Assembly (NCBI RefSeq): GCF_963506605.1
Contig: NC_083285.1
Coordinates: forward strand, 48,422,001 to 48,486,000
DNA from: Zootoca vivipara
Lineage: Eukaryota
Length of the DNA: 64,000 bases
Reading direction: 5' to 3'
How positions within the stretch are numbered: position 1 is the stretch's first letter; each line of letters begins with the position of its first letter. Below the pieces are notes generated by a model. The model saw nothing but the letters and a program-made list of their open reading frames with translations, was not told the origin of the DNA and made no database searches. Positions 1 through 12,400 of this stretch are shown here, in pieces. A program made the translations under genes and the position numbers.

Positions 1-219
1 CAATGAAATTTCATTCCATCAGACCTGCGTCAAATTTCTGTTCTTCAGTGTCTTTGAAGGACCCCAAATATCGGCCTTTCGTCCATTGTCCTAACAAGCA
101 TCCAGGTGTGATGCTTGTTAGCTGGGTGAGTCATATATATATATGCAGAGCCAAAAAGAACATGTGGAGTGTTGCTGAATTGCAAGGCCATAGGTTAAAG
201 CTGTAATTTGGGACATGAA

Positions 220-434
220 TAGGGTTGCCAGACTCAATAGAGGACAGGGCTTCTGTGCCTTTAATTGCCCTGCTCTCTTTTGAGTCTGGAAACCTTAAAG
301 AGAAACCAGCAGACCCTTTGTTTAATTTCCAAGCAAAGGGTCTGCTGGTTTCTCTTTAAGGTTTTCAGACTCAGAAGAGAGCAGGGCAATTAAAGGCACA
401 GAAGTCCTGTCCTCTATTGAGTCTGGCAACCCTA
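220..434. mobile_element. hAT-type foldback MITE (104-bp palindromic arms)
   Basis: Termini TAGGGTTGCCAG...CTGGCAACCCTA; arms 220-323 and 331-434; 8-bp TSD gacatgaa/ggcatgaa. Confidence 0.88.
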
Positions 435-504
435 GGCATGAATGTTCGCTTATAAAACTTTAATAGGACCAATTCCACCAAAGGGGCTCGGATCAGATTC
501 TCTA

Positions 505-742
505 CCGTGTTTCTCATATTATAAGACATGTCTTATATTTATTTTTTCCTCAAAAAAACACACTATGACTTATTTTCAAGGGATGTCTTATTTTTTTCCT
601 CCTCCTCCTCCTGCCGCAGCCGGCATTGCTGCTGCGCCTATCACTATGTCTTATTTTCGGGGTATGGCTTATATTCCTTGAATGCTTAAAAATCCTGCTA
701 TGGCTTATTTTATGGGTATGTCTTAAAATATGAGAAACAGGG
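505..742. mobile_element. Tc1/mariner (Tc2/pogo-like) MITE, short member of the family at 56208
   Basis: TA|CCGTGTTTCTC...GAGAAACAGGG|TA; repeated CTTATTTT subterminal motifs. Confidence 0.85.
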
Positions 743-1617
743 TATACTGTACTCATTTAGGAAAGGGCTGTGGCTCAGTGGTGTACCCTCCTAGTGGTGC
801 AGCAATGAAAACCACTGGCACCTTTGCAAAGCTAAGCAGGGTCTCGTATGGTTTCAAATTGCATGGGGGACTGTGTGTTGGAATTCCTACATTGCAGGGG
901 GTTGGACTAGATGACCCTTGGAGGGTGTCCCTTGCAACTCTGGTTCTGTGAATGGAGTATCTACCAGGGTCAATTCCCAGCTTCTCCGGGTATAGCTCAA
1001 AATATCCCTTGCTTGAAACCCTGCATAACTGCTCCCAGTCAAAGTGACAACACTGAGCCAGATGGATCAATGGCCTGACTCTGTATATGCTTGTTTCCTA
1101 TGTTCCTTTCCCTTTCCATTGCTGCTAGAAGGAAATCAGGCCTGGTTAGTGAATAAAACCACATCATCCTTTTTCTGCCCAGGAGCTAAACCACAATTTA
1201 CACAAGGCAGATCTTACCACACTAGATATATATAAAAATATCCCAATGTGAATTGTTAATTTCAAAGAACTTTGTATACCTGAAACATAACACTGGTTTT
1301 CCTGCTTCTGCCATCTCACTTAGAGTATTAAAATGTCAACAGTATTTTTGCAGGGGTAGAAAATGAATGTGTGTGTGTATTTACATATATATAATTTCTG
1401 TACTATACTTCATACAAGGATAACAGGGCAGTTTACAATATAAAAACACGAAAAAAGGTAACATATTACAAAACAATACCCCACCCACAGTTTAAAAGTA
1501 TGCAATTGAATGCATGTTTATTTGGATATAAGGCTCACTGTACTCCCTAACACAGAGCTTTCCAAACTTTTCGTGTTGGTGACACACACTATGCATGCAT
1601 AATATTGCGACACAGTA

Positions 1618-1847
1618 CAGTCGTACCTCGGAAGTCGAACAGAATCTGTTCCGGAAGTCCGTTCGACTTCTGAAAAGTTCGACTTCCAGAGTGTGGCTTC
1701 TGATTGGCTGCATAAGTCGCGGAAGCCCCGCCGGATGTTCGGCTTCCAAAAGAACGTTCGAAAACCAGAACTCTCACTTCTGGTTTTCAATTGTTCAGGA
1801 GCCGGAATATTTGACTCCCAAGGCGTTTGGGAGCCGAGGTACAACTG
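1618..1847. mobile_element. Tigger/pogo-like MITE
   Basis: TA|CAGTCGTACCTCGG...CCGAGGTACAACTG|TA; homologous to 38616-38866. Confidence 0.85.
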
Positions 1848-3325
1848 TAACTCAGTTTTACTAGCAAACCGGAGGTTAAACTAACCCCTTTCCAGCCCCA
1901 GGAGGAGCATGGGGAGCGTTTGCACGACACACCTACACACTGCAGCCAGCACACTAATGTTTTGCAGCACACAGTTTGGAAAGCTGTGCCCTACCAAGTA
2001 TGGTTAGGGTTGAAACCTTTGTGGTGTGATCCATTCAGATCTAAGCAGTTTAGGCTGCTGTCTTAAAAAAATACATTGGGTGCAATCCTGTGGTAGCTGG
2101 GCTGGTGGGGCAGGAGCTGTAATATTTTGTGCTTCTCCAACTCCATGGGTGATACAGAAGACCTGACCACAAATGGATGTCTTGTAGCTGTGGAAACCTT
2201 TTGGCTGCCCCTTCTCCACTAGAGAGGGCAAAAAAAGAGGTGTTTGGGGGGGTACATCAGCAGATACTTTGAATCCACTGGATCTAAAGCCTTCTTGTTC
2301 TCCTGGTATGCTTCTGGAATGGGGTGATGGAGGATATTATTATTATTATTCAATAAAAGCATTCGTGTATTGCCCTTCATTTTTTAAAATATGTCTGAGG
2401 CTTCTGTTGTGAACTGTCTTGGGACCTTCGGATGAAGGACAATATACAAATTGACTAAACAATAATTATAATAAACAAAGAAAATATCAAACCAAAAATG
2501 CACCATAGCCCTTGTCAGTTATATGGGTTTGATGCTTCAATGTTCTGTTGAAACTGAACATGAGGAAGGATTGCTGCTATTCCTTCTTGAATTTGAGTGG
2601 AATTACCCTGTTTGCGGGATTTTCACTTATCACCATGTAAACCTCTAGGAAGTATATATACCAGCTTGTGCTCAGTGGGGGAGGCCCAGTTGGAGTTCCT
2701 CCCTATGAGGGAGGAACATTTTGCAGCAATTCAGGACGGGGCTTTCTCTGCAGTGGCACCCCAACTGTGGAACACTTTCCTTTTGGCATTGTTACCACCC
2801 GTCTCATTGCTGACCTTTTGATCCCAGCTCATTCATTCATGCCTTGGTGGGGCAGTAATAACGGGAGCCATGCTGGACATCAAAATCATGTGGAGCTAAT
2901 GTTTTGTCTTTCAGGATATAATTTAATAATGATTTTAGAGTTGTTGTGATTTATGAAGTGTTGTATTTTATGAATTGGTCATTGTAACCTCCCTGTGGTC
3001 TGGTTAGATGAAAGTCAGGGTATAAATTTAGATGTCTTCACTGCTGAATGCTTCTGTTCATAATAGGGCAAGGCTGGGGAACCTATGACCCTCCATATAT
3101 TGTTGGACTCCAATCGCCATTATTCGTGACTTTTGGCTATCTGAAGGGCCACAGGTTTCCCACCTCTGTAGCAGGAATTTGAGGATCTACCGTATTACGT
3201 TTGTGTGTTTAGTGTCTTTATAACAAGAGAGATTACTAATGTCTGTCTCCATTTATGCTACCTCTTTGTTTGAAAATTGTAAATTTCCGTTGGTGAATAA
3301 ACTGCTACCCTTTCTCTTTTACCAG

Positions 3326-3424
3326 ACACGTTCTTTGCTGAGTGTGTTTGAAGAAGATGCAGGGACGCTCACAGAATATACCAACCAGTTGCTTCAAGCA
3401 ATGCAGCGAGTTTATGGGGCTCAG
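3326..3424 (+). CDS. APPL2: APPL2 exon 2
   Basis: cag|ACA..CAG|gt; TRSLLSVFEEDAGTLTEYTNQLLQAMQRVYGAQ. Confidence 0.95.
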
Positions 3425-6400
3425 GTAAATCACTTCAAATGTTTCCAGTTCCCTTTCTGCCCCTCAACTCTTTTAGAAACGACGTATTGTTTTATTTCAA
3501 TAGCATATTGAGCTTTCATAACGGGTAATATAGAAAACCATAAAAAGAAACCCGCCACTTCCCTGAAGAAAACACAAATAATCATGAGCAATTAAATAGT
3601 CCTGAGATGGTATGTTGGATGTTGTTGGGTCAGTAATGGTGTTGTCCGGGTGTATTTGGCAGCAAAGTTGGCATCTTGCTCATCTTCTAACATTGTGTAT
3701 GCCATCAAATGCCAACAGTGCCCTTCAGCTCTCTATATTGAACAAACAGGCCAAACCCTACGCCAAAGGATAAATGGACACAAATATGACATCAGGAACC
3801 ACAAGACAGAGAAACCAGTAGGAGAACACTTCAGTCTCCCAGGACATTCTATACAAGATCTCAAAGCAGCTGTTTTATTACAGAAAAATTTCAGAAACAG
3901 ACTGGAAAGAGAAGTTGCTGAATTGCAACTCATTAGCAAGCTTAAAACCAGGCATGTCAAACCTGCGGCCCTCCAGATGTTTTGGCCTACAACTCCCATG
4001 ATCCCTAGCTAGCAGGACCAGTGGTTGGGGAAGATGGGAATTGTAGTCCAAAACATCTGGAGGGCCGCAGGTTTGACATGCCTGCTTAAAACCATGGAGC
4101 CACCTGGAATGAACAAAGACATAGGATTCTTATCTCATTATACATGATCAAGCTTTCCTTAGCACCTCAGCCCTTGCTCCCCCCCCGCAAGACCAATTGC
4201 AGTCATTAACAGTCGTTAACAGTCATCAACAGGTTTAACCACTCCTATCAGCCCATCACCCATTCCCATCACCCTCACCCCCACCCTCTGAATATACATA
4301 AGGGTCCGGTGACTTCTGTTTCAGTGTATCTGATGAAGTGTGCATGCACACGAAAGCTCATACCAAAATAAAAACTTAGTTGGTCTTTAAGGTGCTACTG
4401 AAGGAATTTTTTTATTTTGTTTCGACTCAGACCAACACGGCTACCTACCTGCAACAAATAATTATGATTACACCCCCCCTTGATTATATTTTATTTTTGT
4501 TCACTTAAAAATAGGGGGATAAACATAGAAAGCAATATATACTGAGGCAATTCCTGCAAATATTGGCTTCTTAGTTTAGATATGTACAAATCTTTTGACC
4601 AGAGATGCAGCTTGTTCACTCCTGCTTTTGTTAGCAAACTGTTGTTGCAACAGGGAACCTCAAATTAATCATACAGTAGTTTCTTGTTTTGTCCAAACTA
4701 AGAAACTGTGGTTACCGGAACAAATCAGGATCTTAAACTAATTCCACACCATGGTTTAAGATCCTGATCTGCTCCGAACTTGATACCCATAGTTTTCTGG
4801 TTCTGGTAAATTGGGGAACTATGGCTAATTGGAGATTTCCTGGTCTAATTGCAGCTCCCCTCAAAGAAACCCTGTACGTGGCAAAAGGCTTGTGTATCTC
4901 TCTGCTTAAGAAGCCAAGCTTTGATCATTGGAACAAGGCCACAGTTTTGCATCCCAGCTCACAGGTTCATTTTTGATTACTGGCCATCAGTCTTCCACAA
5001 AACAAGTGGGGTTCTGTCTTCCACTTTCTGTCTTAATTTGCTATGGTAATTTGTCCTGTATTAATCAAATTGGCAGGCAAAGCTTTTAATAATTGGACGC
5101 AAGTTGGTTGGTTTGTAGCATGGAAAAACAATTTTGGGGGAGGAGGTTTGGAAGGTTTAACCCCCTTCTTCCAAGGTTGTGGTCCCAATCTGTTCTGTGC
5201 ATGCATACCCCACCCCCAGCACAACAAATACTAAGATGTGAAAAAGTGCTGTATATCCAATTCACATCAATTCTATACCTTTTCTTTTCCCACCCCTTTC
5301 TTCACTGTTGTAGATTACCTTGTGGGATCATCTCTGTGCATTCAAGAGATTATTGAGAAGGCCGGTGGGGTCATATGCATAATAGCATAATAATAATAAT
5401 AATTTATTATTTATACCCTGCCCACCTGGCTTCCAACCAAATATTAAAAACAACACAGCATCAACCATTAAAAACTTCCCTGAACAGGGAAGTTGTCTTT
5501 TAAAAGTAAAATAGTTGCTTATTTCCTTGACATCTGCTGGGAGGGCATTCCACAGGGCAGGCGCCACTACCGAGAAGGCCCTCTGCCTGGTTCCCTGTAA
5601 CCTCACTTCTTGCAGCGAGGGAACCACCAGAAGGCCCTCAGCACTGGATCTCAGTGTCCGGCTGAACGGTGGGGGTGGAGACGCTCCTTCAGGTATACAG
5701 AACTGAGGCCATTTAGGGCTTTAAAGTCAGCACCAACACTTTGAATTGTGCTCGGAAACGTATGCATGCATATTATAGATGGATATTTATGCGCCCATAA
5801 ACACAGGCAGTCTTGAAGGAGTTGCTACAGTCGGAATTTGTAGCCACGTCTTCAGGTAAAGGTAAAGGTAAAGGGACCCCTGACCATTAGGTCCAGTCGT
5901 GACCGACTCTGGGGTTGCGCGCTCATCTCGCATTATTGGCCGAGGGAGCCGGCGTATAGCTTCCAGGTCATGTGGCCAGCATGACAAAGCCGCTTCTGGC
6001 AAACCAGAGCAGCACATGGAAACGCCGTTTACCTTCCTGCTGTAGCGGTTCCTATTTATCTACTTGCATTTTGACGTGCTTTCGAACTGCTAGGTTGGCA
6101 GGAGCCTTTTAAATCAAGGTTGCCCTGTGGCCCTCCAGATGTTGCTGGACATCAGGGATGATGTGAGGGATAGGTCCCTAGAGATCCACATTCCCTGTTT
6201 TAAATGAACACAACCCCTCGAGTCTTTGGCATTATGCGCACAGAACTGCCAATGCACCAAGTCCCAGCCCATCCATGTTTGTATTTGGGCTGCTTAACTT
6301 GTAACTCAATGTTGCATCACCTCCTGTAAGTGTTGGATAAAATGTCTGGAGCTCAGAAGTTCCTGGGGTGCACCTCCCTGGCATTCTTGTTTGTTTGCAT

Positions 6401-9400
6401 GCTTTCCCCAAAATTCCGGGTGTGGCCTAGCCATTGGAAGTGCTGCCTATTTACATGCCAGAAATTATAGGTGTGGTTTGGCGACTTATTTCAATTCAGC
6501 ATGGTTTGCTCAATTTAATGGGTAACAGAGGAAAGCGGATAAGGAAGGCAACCTGCTATTTGCGTACGATCAGGTGGCCTGGTAGCTTTGCCGTTTATCA
6601 GAATTTTAGCGCGGAGAGAATTTAATTTGCCTTTCTGGTCAACTTTGTGTGCGTGTGGAATAAATATAGAGCTATGTTGAAATAGACATTGGGGGGAAAA
6701 TAGGCAATGAAATGACAGCATGGCTTTTTATAACTTTCTCTTATCAGGAATCTTGTATACTACATCAAAGTCTTCAGTTTAAAGACCAGTGTTTGCTAAG
6801 CTTGGTGCCCACACTAATGTGTTTGATCTTTTTGGAAATGGAGTTGATTCAATCAAAGTGGTGTTGAAAGATGGTGGGATACGATAGACAACGGAACAAG
6901 TAACTGAGCTGCTGGCAGCAAAAGCCTCTTTTATGCATTATAATCAGATTATGCTGCATAAGTCTGAATTTGAACACTGAACATGACATTTTGACTGTGT
7001 TTATTCTGTAGAATTTGATGTCAATCCAAAAATCAGACTGAATCGTGTTGATTATTGAGATCCAGTCCCTTAATATTGCCCTTGCTTTATATCAAGGTGT
7101 CCTCTGCTTTGAAGTGCATTGCAGGGCCGGCTCGCCCATTGGCCCTAGTGGCGCAGGGCGCCTGGGCGCTGAGGGGGCGCTGAGGGGCACCCCAGCAAGT
7201 GGGGGAGCTGCACGGCGACCTCTCTTTTCCCTCCTCCTGCAGGGAGGTAAGCGAGCAGAGCAGGGGCACTAGGACCCTGTTCCGCTCTGCAGCGCCAGGG
7301 TCATCCCTCACCCCGGCGCTGCGTTTCATTGGTAGAGGCGACGCCACATGGCAGCAGCTCTACCAATGAAAACGCAGCGCCAGGGTCATCTCTGTTGGCG
7401 GGAAGGCTCGGATGCCTTCCTGCAGTCTGGGACTCTCCCTGCTGGCTCCGTGGTGCTCCGCTGCTGGTGGGAGTGGCTGCCCATGGGGGACTTCTGCGAG
7501 GAGTGCAGAGACACAGCGGCCTCCCTCACACCCGCTCCGCTCGCTTCCCTCAGCCCCCCCACCACGTCGGGGTGGTTTCCGCCCAGCTCCTTGCCCCCTT
7601 GGCCCCAAGAAACTGCCACCCCGGGCCGCTGCGGAGAGGCTGCCGAGCGCTCCCAAGCCCCGTCTTCCACGCCTGCTGAATGGCCGGCGCAGCTGCTGCT
7701 CAGCCCAGGCCCCTTGCCACCTGCCAGCCCCCCACGGACTGCGGGGATGGTGGGACAGGCTGAGAGGGAGCCTTTGGAACTGAGGCGGCGGCGGCGCTGC
7801 TTGTGAGGGACGCCTGAGAGGCTTCGTTGAGGTGGAGGCCGCCCATCCTCCTCAGGTTTGGCTTAAGTTGTTTTTGGGGGGTGGGGGGTTTGGGAACCTC
7901 CCTTATTCCCTCTTTGGGGGGCGCCGGAGGGATCTTCGCACCACGGCGCCGAATATGCTTAAGACGGCCCGGTGCATTGTGTGTGTGAGGTAGAGAGCTA
8001 TAAGTTGTAAAGTTTGTGATGTCCAAATGCGGTCAATATGTATTTGCCCCAATTTGAGCTATAAGCATTGCATACAATTACTTCTTTTCTGTGTTTGTTG
8101 TGAAATCTACTTTGTAATCTGCTTAGGTGGTGAAAGAGTTGTGCGGCTGCATTCCAAGATCATGGTAAACCATTGCTAATGTTTGACTGCAAACATGCTG
8201 GTGTATCGTGGTTTGATTCTCCTTGATTGGGGATCACGGTTTATTTCTTTTGTTCCAAAGAAGCCACATTGTAGTCAGGATTTGTTCTTGGCTTTCCAAT
8301 TATTTTTTGTTTGAGTGAAACAAACCACAATCCCCAAGCTGGATGTAGCACTAAGCTAGTGTTTCTGAATTATTACTCCCATAGGGATGCAGTGAAGTGG
8401 GGACGATTTCTGCATTCACAGTTAACCGTTAACTATGGTTTACTATGATGGGTGAACGATGCCACTGATAGGCAGTGGAGGAAAAGAGAGACAAAACTGG
8501 TTGGGAGATCATAGTTCCCTACAATAGAATTTTATTTTCCTAAAGTCTGTGGTCTTTCCACACCTCTACAATACAAACATCAGTTGAGAAGTAAAACATT
8601 AAAGCAGTAAATATGGTTTTGGGGTTATGTATACAGTGGTACCTCGGTTTAAGTACACAATTGGTTCCGGAAGTCTGTACTTAACCTGAAGCGTACTTAA
8701 CCTGAAGCGAACTTTCCCATTGAAAGTAATGGAAAATGGGTCCAAATTCCAAATAGAGTTGCTAGGGGGCAGAATAAAACTGTTGTCCAAACTGTACAAT
8801 TTGCTGTTAGAATGGTATACTAAAGATGAATTGACGAAAGAGGTAATGATAAAATGGGCTAAGGATTTTGGGCATAATATTGAATACGATGCGTGGTTGA
8901 AACTATGGAACCAAACAATAAAATTTACAGCATGTACTGCTTTGAAAGAGAATGTTTGGAAGATGATGTATAGATGGCATTTAACCCCGGTGAAATTAGC
9001 AAAAATGTATAGAATGAGTAATAGAATGTGCTGGAAATGCAATGAAAAGGAAGGGGACTTTTATCATATGTGGTGGAAATGTGAAAAGGTTAAAGGCTAT
9101 TGGGAAATGATATATAATGAACTGAAAAAGATTCTTAAGTATACCTTTCCCAAGAGACCGGAAGCCTTTTTGTTAGGAATGATAGGTCAAGAGATAACCA
9201 AGGAGGATAATACCTTATTTTTGTATGCGACAACCACGGCAAGGACATTATTGGCCCAAAAATGGAAGACCCAGGACTTACCGACAATCGGAGACTGGCA
9301 GACAAAGATTATTGAATATGCAGAATTAGCGAGACTGACTAGCAGGATTCGAAACCAGAGGGAGACAAGGTTTCTAAGGGATTGGAGTAAATTTGTGGAT

Positions 9401-12400
9401 TATATGGAAAAGAATTGTAGAGGTTTAAAGACACTTGCAGGCTTGAAATAAATCCTACGAATTGACTTTAAAGACTAGATACAAAGGAACTGCGAGATAA
9501 GAGCGGATTAGAAAACCTATTGAGGGGAGGGAGGGAAGTCAAACTCGGCGGAGTATTTTGTAATGAGTAATAAGAATTGTTAAAAGAGTGATGTATGTAT
9601 TTTGAATGTTTGTTTGTTTGTTTGTTTTGTATATTGTTTTAAATGTGTTTAATTGGAAAATTTAATAAATAGTTATAAAAAAAAAGAAAGTAATGGAAAA
9701 TGGATTAATCCGTTCCAGGCGGGTCCGTGGAGTACTTAAACTGAAAGTACTCAAACCGAAGCGTACTTAAACCGAGGTATGACTGTATTTAGAAAGAAGG
9801 GAACTCTAGAAATGTCTATAGAGTACTGCTCAGGGATACAGTGGTACCTCTCCTTACGAATTTAATGCGTTCCGAACGCACATTCGTAAGTCGAAAAAAA
9901 TTGTAAGTCAAATCCCATAGGAATGCATTGGGAGAAAAAATCTGTAAGTCAAAGCAACCCTATCTAAGAATTCGTAAGTAGAAAAAATCCTATCTAAACT
10001 GCATCCAAGATGGCGGACGGAGCTCCGTTCGTAAGTAGAAACATTTGTAAGTAGAGTTATTCGTAAGTAGAGGTACCACTGTATATGCAAGTTTGAACTG
10101 TAGCAAGGTGGTGGTGATGATGATGATGATGATGATAATAATACCTTTATTGTCAATGTACAACCTGTGCACAATGAAATTAACCAAGCCTCCCCCCCAC
10201 AAACAATCTCATTGCACTCTGTGTGCTTGTCGCACAACACACCAACCCCAAAAGTCAGTTGCATTATTTTCTGTTCAGCAGCCTAACAGCCCACAGATAG
10301 AAACTGCTTTTTAGCCTGTTGATACGACTGATTATACTTCTATATCTCCTGCCCAGGGGTAGAAAATTAAAGAGGTGCTGGCCGGGGTATGAATCGTCCC
10401 TGAGAATTTTTCTCTCTCTCCTAAGGCAACGATCTCTTGCGATGTCATCTAGCGGGCTCAGGGGATAGCCCATGATACCATGCGCTGTGTTCACCACCCT
10501 CTGTAAAGACTTTCTGTCTGTGGCTGTCAAGCCAGCGTACCACGCTGTGATACAATATGAGGAGGACACTTTCTATTGTGGACCGGTAGAAGGAGGTCAT
10601 CAATTGTTGTTTAATATTGTTCTTTCGCAAGACCCTGAGAAAATGGAGTCCCTGTTAGGCCTTCCTAACCACCTGAGTTATATTGTTTTTCCAAGTGACG
10701 TCTTCACTAGGGTAAACTCCCAGGAATTTAAAGGAAGAGACTCTCTCCACACAACCCCCCCCCCCCCCCGATATACAACGGGGCTAGTTCCCCTCTCTTC
10801 CTCCGAATTGTCACATGGCCCTGCAGCCACCTGGTGTGTGGAATTTGCAGGCTGGTCCATAAATATTGGTGCTCCTGATGAATAATATGATCTGAAACGC
10901 AGAGGGTGGCAACTGTAGTGCCCGTTAAGATTACAAATGAGGCTTATGCTGCAGTATGACGCACAGTTCACATTGCAGTAAGTCCTACTGAACTCGGTGT
11001 GGCTTACATCTGAATGGACATGTATAAGATTGCACTGTTAATTCATTTGTTTGTTTATTAAATTTACAGGTGAAACTCGGAAAATTAGAATATCGTTGTA
11101 AAGTGCATTTATTTCAGTAATGCAACTTAAAAGGTGAAACCAATATATGAGATAGATGCATGACTTGCAAAGCAAGATATGTCAAGCCTTTATTTGTTGT
11201 AATTGTAATTATTTGTCGTTAGGCGGGTCAATTATAAATGGAATGGAATTAATGAAATGTAATAGCGATATTTATTTTTGTTTATTTTTGTGTTGTTGTA
11301 ACTATTTGTTTTATTACTGTGGAATTTCCAAAAGAAAGTTTTTGTAAAAATAAAAATAAAAAATAAGTTGCATTACTGAAATACAGTAAATGCACTTTTC
11401 GACAATATTCTAATTTTCTGAGATTCACTTGTATATCCTGATCTCCCTCTCAAAGGAGCCCAGGGTGGCAGACAACAAATGATAAAACAAACCAAACAAA
11501 AAACCTTTAAAACAATTCCAGTACAGATGCAGGCTTGGAGAGAGCTCAGCTTAAAACGCCTGGTTGAAAGAGGAAGGTGCTGGCAAGACAACAGAGACAG
11601 TGCCTGCCTAATATTCAAGAGGAGCCTTTTTAAGTTGGTGTGTGATCATTAGTAATGAAATACCTTTTCTCCTTGCAGAATGAAATGTGCCTGGCAACCC
11701 AGCAGCTCTCCAAGCAGCTTCTTGCGTACGAAAAACAGGTACGCCTGATTTACCCTACGCAACCTCCATGTTCAGCAGATTAGATGGTAGAGGTGAAAAG
11801 TTTCTAAGGGGTTTGCTTAGGTATATTGCTGGCGATGCCAAACTTGCCTCAGCATCTTGGAGTAAGAATGGGGGTGGGGCGAGGGGAGAGCATAAGAAGA
11901 ACCTGCTGGACCAGGTCAGTGGTCCTCCTAGTCTAGCATCCTGTTCTCACAGTGCCTGACCAGATGCCTGTGGGAAGACTGTGAGCAGGACCTGAGCACA
12001 GCAGCTCTCTCCCCTCCTGCAGTTTCCAGCAGCTGGGGCGCAGAAGCATCTTGCCAATGGCAAGAGGGAAGAAGGGTGCACACCTGTGTCCAATACCGCA
12101 GGTTGCTTTTAGTTTATCCCATAGAACTCCATGGGAGGCACTGGGAACCTAACATCTTGTTTTCATTTCCTTTGCAGAACTTTGCCCTGGGTAAAGGAGA
12201 TGAAGAAGTGATATCCACCCTTCAGTACTTTTCAAAAGTTGTGGACGAGGTAATCCAAATGGCCGGCAAGTTTTGTCTTAGGTTTTTTTTTTATGGTGTC
12301 TGTTTATCTCGTTGAAGCTGTGGCGACCTTGAGATTTACAAAGGGGGAGCGCGGTGAAGGGTGGCCTGTTTGTGCTTTATATAGTCTGTAGAAAAGGCCT

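Larger units (their letters stand above)
3588..4455 (+). mobile_element. Penelope-like retroelement 3' fragment (GIY-YIG endonuclease + 3' pLTR) with 5' inversion
   Basis: CSSSNIVYAIKCQQC..LYIEQTGQTLRQRINGHK..HF..GH..EREVAE..LKT[hAT insert]MEPPGMNK; 3588-3675 is the upstream CQLC..HTISGLFNC segment inverted; flanked by acaaataat(c/t)atga direct repeats. Confidence 0.88.

Noticed and set aside
3650-4012. 120-aa GIY-YIG ORF as a domesticated nuclease gene
   Set aside because: Non-ATG start in an inverted segment, YIG changed to YIE, and the C-terminus is read from a hAT insert; it is a decayed transposon.
7045-8026. Cluster of overlapping 75-152 aa ORFs, or a gene promoter CpG island
   Set aside because: Stop-poor GC-rich sequence confined to a TSD-bounded hAT element; no recognisable domain and no APPL2 exon 1 sequence.
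8720-9451. 243-aa ORF, the longest in the window, as a host gene
   Set aside because: It is an L1 ORF2 tail bounded by TSDs; its start codons come from the flanking MITE and TSD.
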